Positions 1-10,252 of a DNA stretch of 32,000 nt are shown here, piece by piece. Position 1 is the first letter of the stretch, and each line of letters begins with the position of its first letter. Origin of the DNA: Candidatus Saccharimonadota bacterium (GTDB lineage Bacteria > Pseudomonadota > Alphaproteobacteria > Rickettsiales > Anaplasmataceae). The translations under genes and the position numbers were made by a program. The stretch covers positions 480,001 through 512,000 of the forward strand of contig CP085695.1 of the NCBI GenBank assembly GCA_029715105.1, read 5' to 3'. The notes beneath the pieces were generated by a model that saw only the letters and a program-made list of their open reading frames with translations, was not told where the DNA came from and searched no databases.

Positions 1-12
1 TAAGAGCCTCAA

Positions 13-53
13 GGCAAAGCCAATGGAAGGGGCCTCCCCACTTTGGCTTTGCC
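13..53. repeat. GC-rich imperfect inverted repeat (stem-loop); possible terminator between convergent genes, function unknown
   Basis: Read directly: 13-23 GGCAAAGCCAA pairs with 43-53 TTGGCTTTGCC (11 bp). An inner GGGG (29-32)/CCCC (36-39) stem has a 3-nt loop. It lies ~120 nt downstream of the rplQ stop (minus strand) and 10 nt after a TAA at 1-3 (plus strand). No clean U-tract follows on either strand. Confidence 0.5.
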
Positions 54-175
54 CTCCCTAACCTTTTGGAAGTGTGATTTTTTTGAATATATCTCTATGC
101 ATCATGAATGCGATAAAAACGGGTTGATTGAATCAAAACTAGTATTCCCCCCTTTTTCTTTCTTTTGTTCTTTTT

Positions 176-619
176 TTAAGAAGGAATTTCCTTCTTCTTC
201 TCTACAACATCCGCATTTTTGGATGATGATCCTTTTGCCTTAATATCTCTATCAACTAATTCTATCACTGCCATAGAAGCACAATCCCCCCTCCTAGGGT
301 TAAGCCTTATTATTCTAGAATATCCACCATTGCGACTACAATAACGATCGACTAAAACATTCAATAACTTATTAACTACTAGATTATTATTATAAAGACG
401 CGAAAGCAATACCCTTCTAGCATACAAAACATTATTCTTATTACTATTTTTTTTAGCAATCGTAATAAGTCTTTCTACATATGGACGAAGCTCTTTAGCT
501 TTTGCTAAAGTTGTTACAATTTGTTCATGATTAATCAATGAAATAGACAAATTCTTTAACATCGATAATCTATGCCCTGTACAACGGGACAATTTACGCT
601 TTTTTATTCTATGTTTCAT
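176..619 (-). CDS. rplQ: 50S ribosomal protein L17
   Basis: N-terminus MKHRIKKRKLSRCTGHRLSMLKNL matches the E. coli L17 pattern ([24 protein letters not shown]). ATG start. Sits directly after rpoA as in the alpha operon. Has a Lys/Ser-rich C-terminal tail. Confidence 0.95.
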   Translation of the reverse strand: MKHRIKKRKLSRCTGHRLSMLKNLSISLINHEQIVTTLAKAKELRPYVERLITIAKKNSNKNNVLYARRVLLSRLYNNNLVVNKLLNVLVDRYCSRNGGYSRIIRLNPRRGDCASMAVIELVDRDIKAKGSSSKNADVVEKKKEIPS

Positions 620-643
620 ATTTTTTTACAATTTTTTATTATT

Positions 644-1753
644 TTAATCCTCATCAATATGATGTCTAGCTAATTCATCTATATTTTTAGGAGGCCAATC
701 AGGAATAGACATCCCTAAAAACAAACCAAAATTATTTAAAACCGCTTTAATTTCATTCAAAGACTTTCTACCAAAATTAGCAGTCCTAAGCATTTCGCTT
801 TCTGTTCTCTGTACAAGATCACCTATATAAATAATATTTTCATTTTTTAAACAATTATGCGATCTAACAGAAAGTTCCATTTCATCTACTTTACGTAATA
901 ATATAGGGTCATAACCCAAATCTCTTCCCTTATTATTACTATAATAACTACCACTACTACTACTAGATAAAGATTGAGATGATCTTCTATGATCCATATC
1001 AGAACAACTACTACTAATAAAAGGCTGAAGTTGCTCCTGTAATATTCTTGCAGCAAAATCAACAGCATGACTTGGAGAAAGTGTACCATCAGTTTCAATC
1101 GATAATACTAATCTATCCTTATCAGTAACTTGACCAACACGACTATTCTCTACTTTATATGAAACTCTATTAATAGGACTATACAAAGCATTAACTGGAA
1201 TGAACCCAACAAGATCTTGCTCGCTCATTAATTTTAAAAATTCATTTTCTTTATACTTAGCAACTGGAAGATATCCCTTTCCACTGGCAATATATATAAT
1301 CATATTAAGCTCTACATTCTGTCCAAGTGTACATATCAATAAATCTTTGTTAATAATAAAACACTGATCATCAGTTTCTATCATTTCAGCAAACACTTGA
1401 CAAGGTCCCTTAACATTCAAACTCAAACATTTATTTGAGACACCATTTAATTTACACCTCAACATACTCATGTTTAACACTATATCGGTTACATCTTCTC
1501 TTACTCCTTTAATCGAAGTAAACTCATGTGTTATACCTTCAATTTTTATTCCATAAACAGCGCTACCTATAAGAGAAGACAACATAACCCGTCTCAATGC
1601 ATTACCAAGCGTCAAAGCAAAACCACTCTCCAATGGCTCCAATACTATATCTCCTTTTTTATCTGAATCACCAGGTATTACTTTAACTGAAGTAGGCTTA
1701 ATTAATCTATTTGAACTACTAAAAATAGAAGCACTATCATCACGCATATACAA
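644..1753 (-). CDS. rpoA: DNA-directed RNA polymerase subunit alpha
   Basis: NTD motif [23 protein letters not shown] and CTD motif [37 protein letters not shown]...[10 protein letters not shown]. The track start is TTG at 1753, 6 nt after a GGGGGA SD-like run. An alternative ATG lies at 1747. Confidence 0.95.
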   Translation of the reverse strand: MYMRDDSASIFSSSNRLIKPTSVKVIPGDSDKKGDIVLEPLESGFALTLGNALRRVMLSSLIGSAVYGIKIEGITHEFTSIKGVREDVTDIVLNMSMLRCKLNGVSNKCLSLNVKGPCQVFAEMIETDDQCFIINKDLLICTLGQNVELNMIIYIASGKGYLPVAKYKENEFLKLMSEQDLVGFIPVNALYSPINRVSYKVENSRVGQVTDKDRLVLSIETDGTLSPSHAVDFAARILQEQLQPFISSSCSDMDHRRSSQSLSSSSSGSYYSNNKGRDLGYDPILLRKVDEMELSVRSHNCLKNENIIYIGDLVQRTESEMLRTANFGRKSLNEIKAVLNNFGLFLGMSIPDWPPKNIDELARHHIDED

Positions 1754-1827
1754 AACTAATCCCCCAAAAACACATTATTATCACACACACATATATAAAA
1801 ATTCACAACCCTCTACTATATACTCTG

Positions 1828-2217
1828 TCATACTCTTCTTTTTTTTCTCAATCTACACCCATTATGAGGAATTGCGGTCTTGTCTGCAATTGATGTTACT
1901 GTTAATCCACAAATCTGAAGGGCCTTAACCGCTGCTTCAGCGCCAAAACCTGGACCACAAATAATTACAGAAACAACTTTCATTCCAAATTTCTCTACTG
2001 CAACCTTTGCAGCAAATTCTGAAGCTTTACCGGCAGCATAAGGTGTAGACTTACTTGAACCCGAAAAACCATGTGCACCTACAGATGTTTGATATAAAGT
2101 ATTACCCTGAACATCAGTTACATTTATAAATGTATTATTAAAAGTTGCACGGATACGAATAACTCCAGTAACATTTTTCTTTACATCTTTTTTATCGATT
2201 GTTCTAATCCTTTTCAT
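1828..2217 (-). CDS. rpsK: 30S ribosomal protein S11
   Basis: [22 protein letters not shown]...[14 protein letters not shown] is the S11 core. ATG start preceded by an AAGAAGG SD. Position between rpsM and rpoA. Confidence 0.96.
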   Translation of the reverse strand: MKRIRTIDKKDVKKNVTGVIRIRATFNNTFINVTDVQGNTLYQTSVGAHGFSGSSKSTPYAAGKASEFAAKVAVEKFGMKVVSVIICGPGFGAEAAVKALQICGLTVTSIADKTAIPHNGCRLRKKRRV

Positions 2218-2270
2218 TTTAATTTATACCTTCTTTTCCCTTTTTAAAAGGTGTACTATACCACCACCTC

Positions 2271-2636
2271 CTACCTTCTTTCAGAAGTAGAGTAAAGCTT
2301 ACTTTTACGAATCGTTTTAGCATTAGTGTGAGTTCTTTGTCCTCTTACAGGCAAACTCCTCCTATGTCTTATCCCTCTGTAACATCCCATTTCTACCAAA
2401 AACTTTACGTTCATAGCCACTTCCTTTCTAAGCTCGCCTTCTACAGAGTAATTTTGCCTAATAAAACTATTAATATTCTCTATATCTTTATCTTGTAAGT
2501 GTGAAACACGCTTATTTTTATCTACTTTACAAATGCAACAAATCTTATTTGCGGTAGCAATACCTATGCCATATATATAAGTTAACGCAAAAGGAATACA
2601 TTTCTTTGTTGGAATATTTACACCCGCAATACGCAC
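2271..2636 (-). CDS. rpsM: 30S ribosomal protein S13
   Basis: (M)RIAGVNIPTKK...YRGIRHRRSLPVRGQRTHTNAKT matches S13. GTG start codon. Confidence 0.95.
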   Translation of the reverse strand: MRIAGVNIPTKKCIPFALTYIYGIGIATANKICCICKVDKNKRVSHLQDKDIENINSFIRQNYSVEGELRKEVAMNVKFLVEMGCYRGIRHRRSLPVRGQRTHTNAKTIRKSKLYSTSERR

Positions 2637-2723
2637 TACTAGTACCCCAATATTCTAAAACACTCTTTATTTTAAAATAATAACCTAATTCATATCATAA
2701 AACAGAATAGAGTCAAGCTTAAA

Positions 2724-3362
2724 TTATAAAAATATTTTACTTTCTATTTCTCGTCTTACTTGATCAATATTAAAACTAGCATCAACAATTAACAATTTAT
2801 CTTTATAATACTCACGCAAATTTTTTATTTGAATATGATATTCACTAATTCTTTTATTAATTGAAAATAAATTGGAATCATCAATTCTCTTTTTTAATCT
2901 TGTACTTCCACATTTTACACAAATAAAATAATCATTCTTAAATGAAGATATACTATATATACTTTTGCAACTTAAACATATAAAACGATCCCTCAATCTT
3001 TTAGATACAACTTCATTATCAAGCTGCAATTCAATAACAATATCTACATCTCTATTGTATTTTTTCAAAAGAAATCGAGTCAAAAAACGAGCTTGATTTA
3101 AATTTCTAGGAAAACCATCCAGTAAAAAATTATCATCCACTAACATAAGTTGATTATACAATAATCTATACATAATTCTATCCTGAACTAAGCTACCTAA
3201 TTCTACAATATTCCTTATTTCCCTACCTAATTCACTATTACTAGATATAATATCCCTCAACAAATCTCCAACTGAAACCAACTTCAAATTATACCTCGCT
3301 GATAATAAACTTGATTGAGTACCCTTACCAGAACCAGGAGGACCAAAAATTACAATAATCAT
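2724..3362 (-). CDS. adk: adenylate kinase (Cys4 zinc-lid type)
   Basis: P-loop [12 protein letters not shown]. The LID region has CLSC...CVKC, the four-Cys pattern of zinc-binding Adk. Located secY-adk-rpsM as is common in alphaproteobacteria. Start is 1 nt after the secY stop. Confidence 0.93.
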   Translation of the reverse strand: MIIVIFGPPGSGKGTQSSLLSARYNLKLVSVGDLLRDIISSNSELGREIRNIVELGSLVQDRIMYRLLYNQLMLVDDNFLLDGFPRNLNQARFLTRFLLKKYNRDVDIVIELQLDNEVVSKRLRDRFICLSCKSIYSISSFKNDYFICVKCGSTRLKKRIDDSNLFSINKRISEYHIQIKNLREYYKDKLLIVDASFNIDQVRREIESKIFL

Positions 3363-3363
3363 C

Positions 3364-4689
3364 TCACTTTAATTTTTTAGACTCATACTTTTTTATCCAA
3401 CTATCATATCTACTTGAAAAAATATAAGACTGTACTTGAATAATAGTATCAGTGATAACATTAACTATAATCAATAAACTAGTTCCACCAAAAATAAACG
3501 GTATATCATAACAATATCTTATAACCTCAGGTATAGCACATATAAGTACTAAATATGCAGAACCAATAAAAGTCAATTTAAAAACTATATCCTGAAGATA
3601 ATTAGAAGTATGTTTTCCAGGTCTCCTACCAGGTATAAAACCACCATTCTTCTTAAGAAAATCAGCATTTTCTTCTGGACTAAATACAAAATTAGTATAA
3701 AAAAAATTAAAAAATACTATAAGTATTAAATAAACTACAATATAAACTACTTTATTCGTCATAAAAAAATTCAAAATAAAATCAGAAAAAACATTCCCCT
3801 TATAAAAATTTGCAATTGAAATAGGTGTAAGTAAAATTGCATTAGCAAAAATAGTTGGTATTACACCAGATAAATTAATCTTTAATGGAATGTAAGTAAA
3901 ATCATCATTATGTAATTTTTTAAACTGCCTTTTAGGATATTGAACTATAACTTTTCTATAAGAAGACTCTACAAAAATAACTAAAAGCAATAATAAAAAA
4001 AACACTAATAAAATAAAAAGAATAACAAGCAACGATATACTACCGCTTTTGTTTAATGTTAACAAAGATGAAAAAGCACTATGTAATTCAGATATTATAC
4101 CAGTAAATATAATTAATGAAATACCATTGCCTATGCCATTAATACTAATTTGTTCTCCTAACCATATTAAAAACATAGTTCCACCTAAAAGGCTAAAAAC
4201 ACCAACTATACGAAATACAAAACCAGGTTCAACTACAACTAATACACCCTCTCTATTCATTTTTTCTAATCCTATTAAGATAGGAATTGATTGAAATATA
4301 CAAAATAATATAGTCACACATCGTATATAAGAATTCATTCTCCGACGCCCTAATTCACCATCATTTTTTACCTCATTAATCCCCTTAGTAATAGAAGATA
4401 ACAATTGCATAACTATAGACGCAACTATATATGGCATAACACTTAAAGCTAAAATTGTAATTCTTGCTAACGCACCACCGGAAAATAAATTAAATACTCC
4501 AAAAACACCAAAACCCCTCTTGGGAAATATATCATTAATTATATCAAGGTTAATTCCTGGAATAGGTACATAAGTACCTATACGATAACAAATCAAAGCA
4601 ATTAACGTAAAAAATATGCGTTTTAACAAATCACTCTTATACAAGAAAGTAGAATCTAAGCTACCAAATATAGATTTATTACTCACCAT
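3364..4689 (-). CDS. secY: preprotein translocase subunit SecY
   Basis: 441 aa multi-pass hydrophobic protein with [12 protein letters not shown] and [18 protein letters not shown] motifs. Follows rplO. Confidence 0.95.
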   Translation of the reverse strand: MVSNKSIFGSLDSTFLYKSDLLKRIFFTLIALICYRIGTYVPIPGINLDIINDIFPKRGFGVFGVFNLFSGGALARITILALSVMPYIVASIVMQLLSSITKGINEVKNDGELGRRRMNSYIRCVTILFCIFQSIPILIGLEKMNREGVLVVVEPGFVFRIVGVFSLLGGTMFLIWLGEQISINGIGNGISLIIFTGIISELHSAFSSLLTLNKSGSISLLVILFILLVFFLLLLLVIFVESSYRKVIVQYPKRQFKKLHNDDFTYIPLKINLSGVIPTIFANAILLTPISIANFYKGNVFSDFILNFFMTNKVVYIVVYLILIVFFNFFYTNFVFSPEENADFLKKNGGFIPGRRPGKHTSNYLQDIVFKLTFIGSAYLVLICAIPEVIRYCYDIPFIFGGTSLLIIVNVITDTIIQVQSYIFSSRYDSWIKKYESKKLK

Positions 4690-4695
4690 ATATTT

Positions 4696-5178
4696 TTATA
4701 ATAAAATATTCACGCTACCATTAACTGAAACTACAGAATTTTTTGCAGCTCTCGATGCAGAATCAACATAAAATATACACTTTTCATTCAACTTACCTCT
4801 ATTAAGAAGTTTAATTCTACTTTTAATAGACTTTATTAAACCTAATTTATGTAATATTACCTTATCTATTATAATAGAATCGCCATTCACTATTATTTTC
4901 TTGGTTTCTATCAAACGTTGAATATCACCAATATTAATAATAGAATGCATATCTTTTTTATGCATAGAATTAAAACCCCTTTTAGGCAATCGAGTATATA
5001 TAGATTGCTGCCCTCCTTCAAATCCATTTATAGAAACACCACTTCTAGCCTTTTGTCCCTTATGTCCTCTACCAGATGTTTTACCTTTTCCGCAACCAAT
5101 ACCCCTACCTAATAATTTAGACTTCTTCTTTTTTGATAATCCAGTAAATATAAAATTTAATTTTTCAATATTACTCAT
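4696..5178 (-). CDS. rplO: 50S ribosomal protein L15
   Basis: LGRGIGCGKGKTSGRGHKGQKARSG is the L15 signature. The track start (5199) is a TTG overlapping rpsE. The ATG at 5178 (MSNIEKLN...) fits homologue length. Confidence 0.92.
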   Translation of the reverse strand: MSNIEKLNFIFTGLSKKKKSKLLGRGIGCGKGKTSGRGHKGQKARSGVSINGFEGGQQSIYTRLPKRGFNSMHKKDMHSIINIGDIQRLIETKKIIVNGDSIIIDKVILHKLGLIKSIKSRIKLLNRGKLNEKCIFYVDSASRAAKNSVVSVNGSVNILL

Positions 5179-5185
5179 AATATTT

Positions 5186-5698
5186 TTACCTATTTCCAAT
5201 TATTTCACTGACTTTCTTACCCCTCTTTCCCGCTATTTGGCGAGGAGACAACATACTACCAAAAGCCTTAAATACTGCACATATAACATTATGCGGATTA
5301 TTTGATCTTGTAGATTTGGCTACTACGTCTTTTATACCAAGCACTTCAAAAAGTGATCTAATTGCTCCACCAGCAATAATACCTGTTCCAGCTTTAGCTG
5401 ATCTTAAAACTATTTCACCAGAGCAAAATTTAGCTTTAATATCATGATGCAAAGTTCTACCTTCACGTAAATATACCCTTATCATTGATTTTTTTGCAGC
5501 ACTCACAGCTTTCATTCTTGCCTCAGCAACTTCCGCGTGTTTTCCCATTCCACATCCAACTCTACCTCTTTCATCTCCAACAACAACTAAAATAGAAAAC
5601 GAAAATCTCCTACCACCTTTAGTAACAGTTGTCACTCTTCGCACTGAAACCAAAAGTTCTGATAAATCACTATTATTTTGTAAATTTTTTACAGCCAT
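5186..5698 (-). CDS. rpsE: 30S ribosomal protein S5
   Basis: [39 protein letters not shown] matches S5. ATG start. Confidence 0.96.
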   Translation of the reverse strand: MAVKNLQNNSDLSELLVSVRRVTTVTKGGRRFSFSILVVVGDERGRVGCGMGKHAEVAEARMKAVSAAKKSMIRVYLREGRTLHHDIKAKFCSGEIVLRSAKAGTGIIAGGAIRSLFEVLGIKDVVAKSTRSNNPHNVICAVFKAFGSMLSPRQIAGKRGKKVSEIIGNR

Positions 5699-5709
5699 AT
5701 TTAAAATCT

Positions 5710-6084
5710 CTAAAAAATAAATCCAGATTTCCTCAAATTCTCAGTAAACTGAGAAATTAATCCAGAATACTTATATGCCCCACAATCTAACACTAATCTC
5801 TGTTCCAATTTTATATTAGATAAACGTTCAATCATTAAATGTGAAACATGCTTTATAGCTTCAGAATTAATTCTACCATTACATACACTCCTAATCGCAG
5901 GATCCAAGGTAGAAGCTGAAACAAGAGTCGCTCCTTTTTCATCATTAATTAATTGAACATAAAAATGCCTGTTAGACTTAAATATAGATATACGCAAACA
6001 TTTAGAATAATTCAACTTCTTTCTATTACGTAGCTTTCTTTTTTCAAAACTATCTAAAAAATTAAATAATTTTCTTTTTCTCAT
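5710..6084 (-). CDS. rplR: 50S ribosomal protein L18
   Basis: Basic N-terminus, then [18 protein letters not shown]...LVSASTLD and a C-terminal [19 protein letters not shown], the L18 pattern. spc-operon position. Confidence 0.9.
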   Translation of the reverse strand: MRKRKLFNFLDSFEKRKLRNRKKLNYSKCLRISIFKSNRHFYVQLINDEKGATLVSASTLDPAIRSVCNGRINSEAIKHVSHLMIERLSNIKLEQRLVLDCGAYKYSGLISQFTENLRKSGFIF

Positions 6085-6089
6085 ACCAA

Positions 6090-6638
6090 TTACTTCTTCT
6101 TAGTTACAACTTTACGTAATATAAATCTACCTTTTATAGTAATACCTTTTCCCTTATATGGATCATATTTTCTAATTCTACATATATCAGATGCTATCAT
6201 ATAGGCCTTTTGTTTATCCATACTGCTTACTATTAACTGAGTTGGTTTTATACATTTAATCTCGATATCCCTAGGTATTTTATATTTCACATTATGACTA
6301 TAACCAAGATATAAAGTCAAATACTTGTCATTACATTCTGCCTTATATCCAATACCACTAACTTCAAGATCAACAGAAAAATTATTAATCATACCATTAA
6401 TAATATTCTTAATATTACTCCTATAAGCACCCCATATAGACTTTACCTTACTAAGATTGACTTTATTTTGATCAACGGAAAGTAACAATTGATTATTAAC
6501 AATATTACAAATAATACCACTACATAATCTAATTCTTTTTTCCACTTTATCATTTTTTATCAATACGTTACCATTATCACTACACTCAACTGAAATACCA
6601 ACAGGAATATTAATAGGCGCAGCACCAATACGAGACAT
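6090..6638 (-). CDS. rplF: 50S ribosomal protein L6
   Basis: MSRIGAAPINIPVGISV... and ...YDPYKGKGI match L6. Position between rpsH and rplR. Confidence 0.93.
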   Translation of the reverse strand: MSRIGAAPINIPVGISVECSDNGNVLIKNDKVEKRIRLCSGIICNIVNNQLLLSVDQNKVNLSKVKSIWGAYRSNIKNIINGMINNFSVDLEVSGIGYKAECNDKYLTLYLGYSHNVKYKIPRDIEIKCIKPTQLIVSSMDKQKAYMIASDICRIRKYDPYKGKGITIKGRFILRKVVTKKK

Positions 6639-6674
6639 AATTTTTCTTCTAACTCCAACTTATTTTACTTATTT

Positions 6675-7070
6675 TTAAAATACACGACATAATACTTCTC
6701 CACCGATTTTCAATTTATGTGCATTATAATCAGTCATTACTCCCTTAGAAGTAGATATAATATATATACCAAGACCATTATACGCCTTAGCAAGATTCTT
6801 ATATTTAAAATAACTACGACAACCTGGTTTTGATATCCTCGTTATATCATGAATTACAGGTAACTTTTCATGATACTTCAACTCTACTATAAAAGTAGAC
6901 ATACCACGCACAATATCCTTCTTATAACTAAGAATATATCCTTCATCTTTTAAAATTTTCAGTATAGAAAAATTTATATTAGAAAACAAAACTCTTGTTG
7001 TTCTATGCATCGCCAACTGAGCATTACGTATTCTTGTTAAAAAATCACCAACACTATCAGATAATGACAC
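6675..7070 (-). CDS. rpsH: 30S ribosomal protein S8
   Basis: [17 protein letters not shown]... and a C-terminal GGEVLCRVF match S8. GTG start. Confidence 0.94.
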   Translation of the reverse strand: MSLSDSVGDFLTRIRNAQLAMHRTTRVLFSNINFSILKILKDEGYILSYKKDIVRGMSTFIVELKYHEKLPVIHDITRISKPGCRSYFKYKNLAKAYNGLGIYIISTSKGVMTDYNAHKLKIGGEVLCRVF

Positions 7071-7109
7071 AATTCACACTCCTAAAATACTTAATCACAT
7101 ATAAATTTT

Positions 7110-7418
7110 CTACCAACTAGATTTTATAACCCCTGGAATCTTCCCAAAAGAACACAAATCACGCAAAACAATCCTACATAAACCAAATTTTCTATATACT
7201 CCTCTTGATCTCCCAGTTAATGCACACCTATTTCTTATTCTTGTTTGGGAGGAGTCCCTAGGTAATTTCTTAACTAATTTATTCTGAGCCGCAAACCTCT
7301 CACTTATCGATATATTTCTATCATTTATTATAGACTTCAACCTTTTTCTTTGTTCTTTATACTGAGAACATAATCTCACTCTACGGAGGTTTCTTTGTAC
7401 TATAGATTTTTTTGCCAT
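7110..7418 (-). CDS. rpsN: 30S ribosomal protein S14 (long form)
   Basis: [13 protein letters not shown]...[27 protein letters not shown]...GVIKSSW matches S14. At 102 aa it is the long, non-zinc-ribbon type. Confidence 0.94.
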   Translation of the reverse strand: MAKKSIVQRNLRRVRLCSQYKEQRKRLKSIINDRNISISERFAAQNKLVKKLPRDSSQTRIRNRCALTGRSRGVYRKFGLCRIVLRDLCSFGKIPGVIKSSW

Positions 7419-7441
7419 ATTTTTATAAACACTCCAATCAA

Positions 7442-7975
7442 TTAATCAAAAAATGGAAAATTAAAAGCTAACAACAGCTCTTTTGCTTCTTTATCATTAG
7501 TTGTACTTGTTACAATATTAATATCCATACCTCTAATTTTACTTACTTTATCATAATCTACTTCTAAAAATGAAATATATTCCTTTATTCCGAAGGAAAA
7601 ATTACCATTGCCGTCAAACTGTTTCATGCTAAATCCTCTAAAATCTTTTTCTCTTGGTAAAGCAATATACACTAACCTTTCTAAAAATTCATACATTCTA
7701 TTTCTACGCAAAGTAACCTTGCAGCCTACTACAACACCCTTTCTTATTTTAAAACCAGAAATAGATTTTTTTGCAAATGTTAATACAGGCTTTTGTCCTG
7801 CAATTAGATATAAATTATCAAAAGGCTCATTTATCACTTTATTATTCATTGCAGCATCTCCAATACCCATATTAATACATATCTTAACAAGTTTAGGTAC
7901 TTGCATCAAATTACTATAACTAAACTTATTTTTTAAACACTTCACTATATTATCTTTATATAATTCTTTAAACAT
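7442..7975 (-). CDS. rplE: 50S ribosomal protein L5
   Basis: [20 protein letters not shown] and PREKDFRGF...[13 protein letters not shown] match L5. Confidence 0.95.
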   Translation of the reverse strand: MFKELYKDNIVKCLKNKFSYSNLMQVPKLVKICINMGIGDAAMNNKVINEPFDNLYLIAGQKPVLTFAKKSISGFKIRKGVVVGCKVTLRRNRMYEFLERLVYIALPREKDFRGFSMKQFDGNGNFSFGIKEYISFLEVDYDKVSKIRGMDINIVTSTTNDKEAKELLLAFNFPFFD

Positions 7976-7984
7976 TTATAACCC

Positions 7985-8302
7985 CTAATCTAAAAGATCC
8001 CCGGAAATCTTTGCAAAACGCACTTTTTTACCATTTAAAATTTTAAATCCAACCCTAGTTGGAGCTTTATATCTAGGATCTAATATTGCAATATTAGATA
8101 CATCAATAGCTAACTCTTTACTAATTATACCACCACTACTACCAGCTTTCGGTTTTGTATGTCTCTTACATATATTAATTCCAGAAACAATAGCTTTTTT
8201 CTTAGAATCACATACAATGATCTTAACTATCTTACCAGTTCTTCCCCTATCTTTACCAACTAAAATTACAACATCGTCACCGCTTCTTATTTTTGCGCTC
8301 AT
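7985..8302 (-). CDS. rplX: 50S ribosomal protein L24
   Basis: [25 protein letters not shown] matches E. coli L24 ([25 protein letters not shown]). Confidence 0.94.
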   Translation of the reverse strand: MSAKIRSGDDVVILVGKDRGRTGKIVKIIVCDSKKKAIVSGINICKRHTKPKAGSSGGIISKELAIDVSNIAILDPRYKAPTRVGFKILNGKKVRFAKISGDLLD

Positions 8303-8310
8303 ATATACCT

Positions 8311-8670
8311 TTATAAAACCTCAACAGCTAATGACATTATTTTCATAAAAAAACTAGATTGTAACTTTTTAATTGGACCAAATACTCGAGTACCAATAGG
8401 CTCGCCCTGATTATCAATTAAAACTACAGCATTACTAGAAAAATAAATTACAGAGCTATCAAATTTTCTAACACGACTTCTTACTCTAACAACAACAGCT
8501 CTGTATACTCCTCCCTTCTCTACTTTCCCTTTCGGGTTGATGGATTTAACGGATACAACAATTATATCACCTATGGATGCAAATCTTCTTCCACCTAATA
8601 AACCAATACAAAGCGCTTCACGTGCACCAGAATTATCTGCTACATCTAATAATGTATTTTTTTGAATCAT
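8311..8670 (-). CDS. rplN: 50S ribosomal protein L14
   Basis: [27 protein letters not shown] is the canonical L14 N-terminus. The ATG at 8670 is preceded by a GAGG SD 5 nt upstream. The track's 36-codon extension to 8778 overlaps rpsQ and is rejected. Confidence 0.95.
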   Translation of the reverse strand: MIQKNTLLDVADNSGAREALCIGLLGGRRFASIGDIIVVSVKSINPKGKVEKGGVYRAVVVRVRSRVRKFDSSVIYFSSNAVVLIDNQGEPIGTRVFGPIKKLQSSFFMKIMSLAVEVL

Positions 8671-8677
8671 TTCAACC

Positions 8678-8908
8678 TCATTCAATTCGAGTAGCAATCC
8701 ACTTTTTAGTAGCAGAAACGGGTTTATGTTCTTGTATAAGAACTCTATCTCCTTCTCTACATACGTTATTTTCATCATGAACGGTATACTTTTTATATCT
8801 CTTTATAATTTTCTTGTAAAATTTATTCCTATAAACACGCAATAAAGAAACCTTTATAGTTTTATTACACTTAACCCTAGTTACAATACCATAAAATTTC
8901 CTAGACAT
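8678..8908 (-). CDS. rpsQ: 30S ribosomal protein S17
   Basis: [16 protein letters not shown]...[31 protein letters not shown] matches S17. Confidence 0.94.
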   Translation of the reverse strand: MSRKFYGIVTRVKCNKTIKVSLLRVYRNKFYKKIIKRYKKYTVHDENNVCREGDRVLIQEHKPVSATKKWIATRIE

Positions 8909-8910
8909 AT

Positions 8911-9138
8911 TTATTTCTTTCTCCTTTTACTCCTTGCTCTTTCTTTCTCTACTACTCTCCTCTCGTTTAAAATAGTTAAAACACGAGCTATACTTTTTTT
9001 TATTAAAATAAAACGTAAAATATTATTACACTGTCCTATTTTTTTTTGAAAAACTAAATTAACAAATTCTTTTCTCAAATTTATAAGAATTTCATATAAC
9101 TCTTGCGAAGACTTTAATCTAATATCATTTATATCCAT
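8911..9138 (-). CDS. rpmC: 50S ribosomal protein L29
   Basis: IRLKSSQELYEILINLRKEFVNLVFQ matches the L29 helix pattern. ATG at 9138; the track uses the GTG one codon upstream. Confidence 0.9.
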   Translation of the reverse strand: MDINDIRLKSSQELYEILINLRKEFVNLVFQKKIGQCNNILRFILIKKSIARVLTILNERRVVEKERARSKRRKK

Positions 9139-9154
9139 CACAATAACACTATAC

Positions 9155-9568
9155 TCAACAACTATGAGATATAAACCTACATTTTAGAGGAAGCTTTGCA
9201 GTTGCCTTCTCAAGCGCTAATTTTGCCAAATGCATTGAAACATCACCACTAATCTCAAATAACACCCGGCCAGGCTTTACTCTAAATATCCAAAATTCAA
9301 CACTACCCTTCCCCTTACCCATACGTACATCTGCAGGCTTTTTACTAACAGGAATACCCGGAAAAATTCTTATCCATATTTTACCAGAACGCTTTAATGT
9401 CCTAGATATCACGCGCCTTACAGTTTCAATGTGTTTAGATTGAACTCTACCTGCTTCTACAGCCTTTAATCCATAACTACCAAAAGACAAAACATTACCA
9501 CCCTTTGTATTGCCACTAACTCTTCCCTTAAATGCCTTTCTATACTTACTCTTTTTAGGGATAAACAT
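9155..9568 (-). CDS. rplP: 50S ribosomal protein L16
   Basis: [16 protein letters not shown]...[25 protein letters not shown] matches L16. Confidence 0.96.
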   Translation of the reverse strand: MFIPKKSKYRKAFKGRVSGNTKGGNVLSFGSYGLKAVEAGRVQSKHIETVRRVISRTLKRSGKIWIRIFPGIPVSKKPADVRMGKGKGSVEFWIFRVKPGRVLFEISGDVSMHLAKLALEKATAKLPLKCRFISHSC

Positions 9569-9586
9569 CTAACACTACCTCCTCAA

Positions 9587-10210
9587 TTAAACAACATAAA
9601 CCCAGACCTTAACTCCTATAATACCATATATAGTTTTTGCCTTGCAAAAGGCATAATCTATATTAGCACGTAAAGTATGCAATGGCAAACGACCCTCTTT
9701 ATACCATTCAGTACGAGCTATTTCAACTCCACCTAGACGTCCAGAACAACTTACTTTAATGCCACCACCTCCCATTCTCAAGCAACTCTGAATAGCCTTC
9801 TTCATTGCTCTTCTAAATGAAATACGTTTCTCTAATTGTTGCGCTATATTACTCGATATTAAAGATGCATCTATTTCAGGTCTTTTTATTCCTACTACAT
9901 TTATTTCCACATTATTCTTTATCTCTTCTGCTATCTTTCGTTTTATCTTTTCAACATCTAAACCTTTCTTACCTATTATTATTCCTGGTCTAGAAGAATA
10001 TATCGTTACAGATACTAAATCAATCTTACGTTCTATGATTATCCTAGAAAGACTAGTATTTCTAAAGGATTCATTTATATAACTACGTATATACAAATCC
10101 TGATGTAATTTTACCTTATAATCTTTATTAGTAGCATACCAAATAGAATCCCAGGTATTACTAGTATTTATCTTTAATCTAAACCCTATAGGATTAACTT
10201 TTTGCCCCAT
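9587..10210 (-). CDS. rpsC: 30S ribosomal protein S3
   Basis: MGQKVNPIGFRL..., a KH domain GIIIGKKG, and RLGGVEIARTEWYKEGRLPLHTLRANIDY match S3. Confidence 0.96.
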   Translation of the reverse strand: MGQKVNPIGFRLKINTSNTWDSIWYATNKDYKVKLHQDLYIRSYINESFRNTSLSRIIIERKIDLVSVTIYSSRPGIIIGKKGLDVEKIKRKIAEEIKNNVEINVVGIKRPEIDASLISSNIAQQLEKRISFRRAMKKAIQSCLRMGGGGIKVSCSGRLGGVEIARTEWYKEGRLPLHTLRANIDYAFCKAKTIYGIIGVKVWVYVV

Positions 10211-10252
10211 ATCTCTAAACTTTCCTCCCCATTAACCTCGTTCCTCGAAATT

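Noticed and set aside
1-70. The GC-rich palindrome as part of SRP RNA, tmRNA or RNase P RNA
   Set aside because: It lacks the conserved SRP domain IV GGAAGCAGCC-type motif, the tmRNA tRNA-like ends and the RNase P GAGGAAAGUCC motif. It is treated only as a hairpin or repeat.
43-243. 66-aa plus-strand ORF (TTG start) at the left edge
   Set aside because: Low-complexity F/S/P-rich translation with no recognisable family. Its 3' part is antisense to the rplQ C-terminus and its 5' part is the palindrome region. It is most likely a chance open frame.
886-1098. 70-aa same-strand alternate-frame ORF inside rpoA, and the similar 13448..13648 ORF inside rpsJ
   Set aside because: These are out-of-frame readings of real genes. 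The rpoA one is produced by the Ser-codon repeat and translates as poly-Val/Ile. There is no independent start context.
4049-4294. Antisense ORFs inside secY, rplO, rplE, rplV, rplB, rplC, carA, metK, mnmE, the SurA-like gene, ubiD and rpoBC (e.g. 4049..4294, 4918..5112, 7608..7919, 10446..10655, 10864..11088, 12847..13089, 16139..16357, 19819..20143, 21783..21974, 23038..23352, 23674..23892, 25613..25819, 28072..28263, 29263..29493, 29917..30129, 30553..30753, 30994..31266)
   Set aside because: Each lies wholly within a conserved gene on the opposite strand, is short, and translates to compositionally biased sequence with no family resemblance.
8671-8778. 36-codon N-terminal extension of rplN in the ORF track ([10 protein letters not shown]...)
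   Set aside because: It overlaps the rpsQ coding sequence. The canonical L14 N-terminus MIQKNTLL starts at the ATG at 8670, which has its own GAGG SD.
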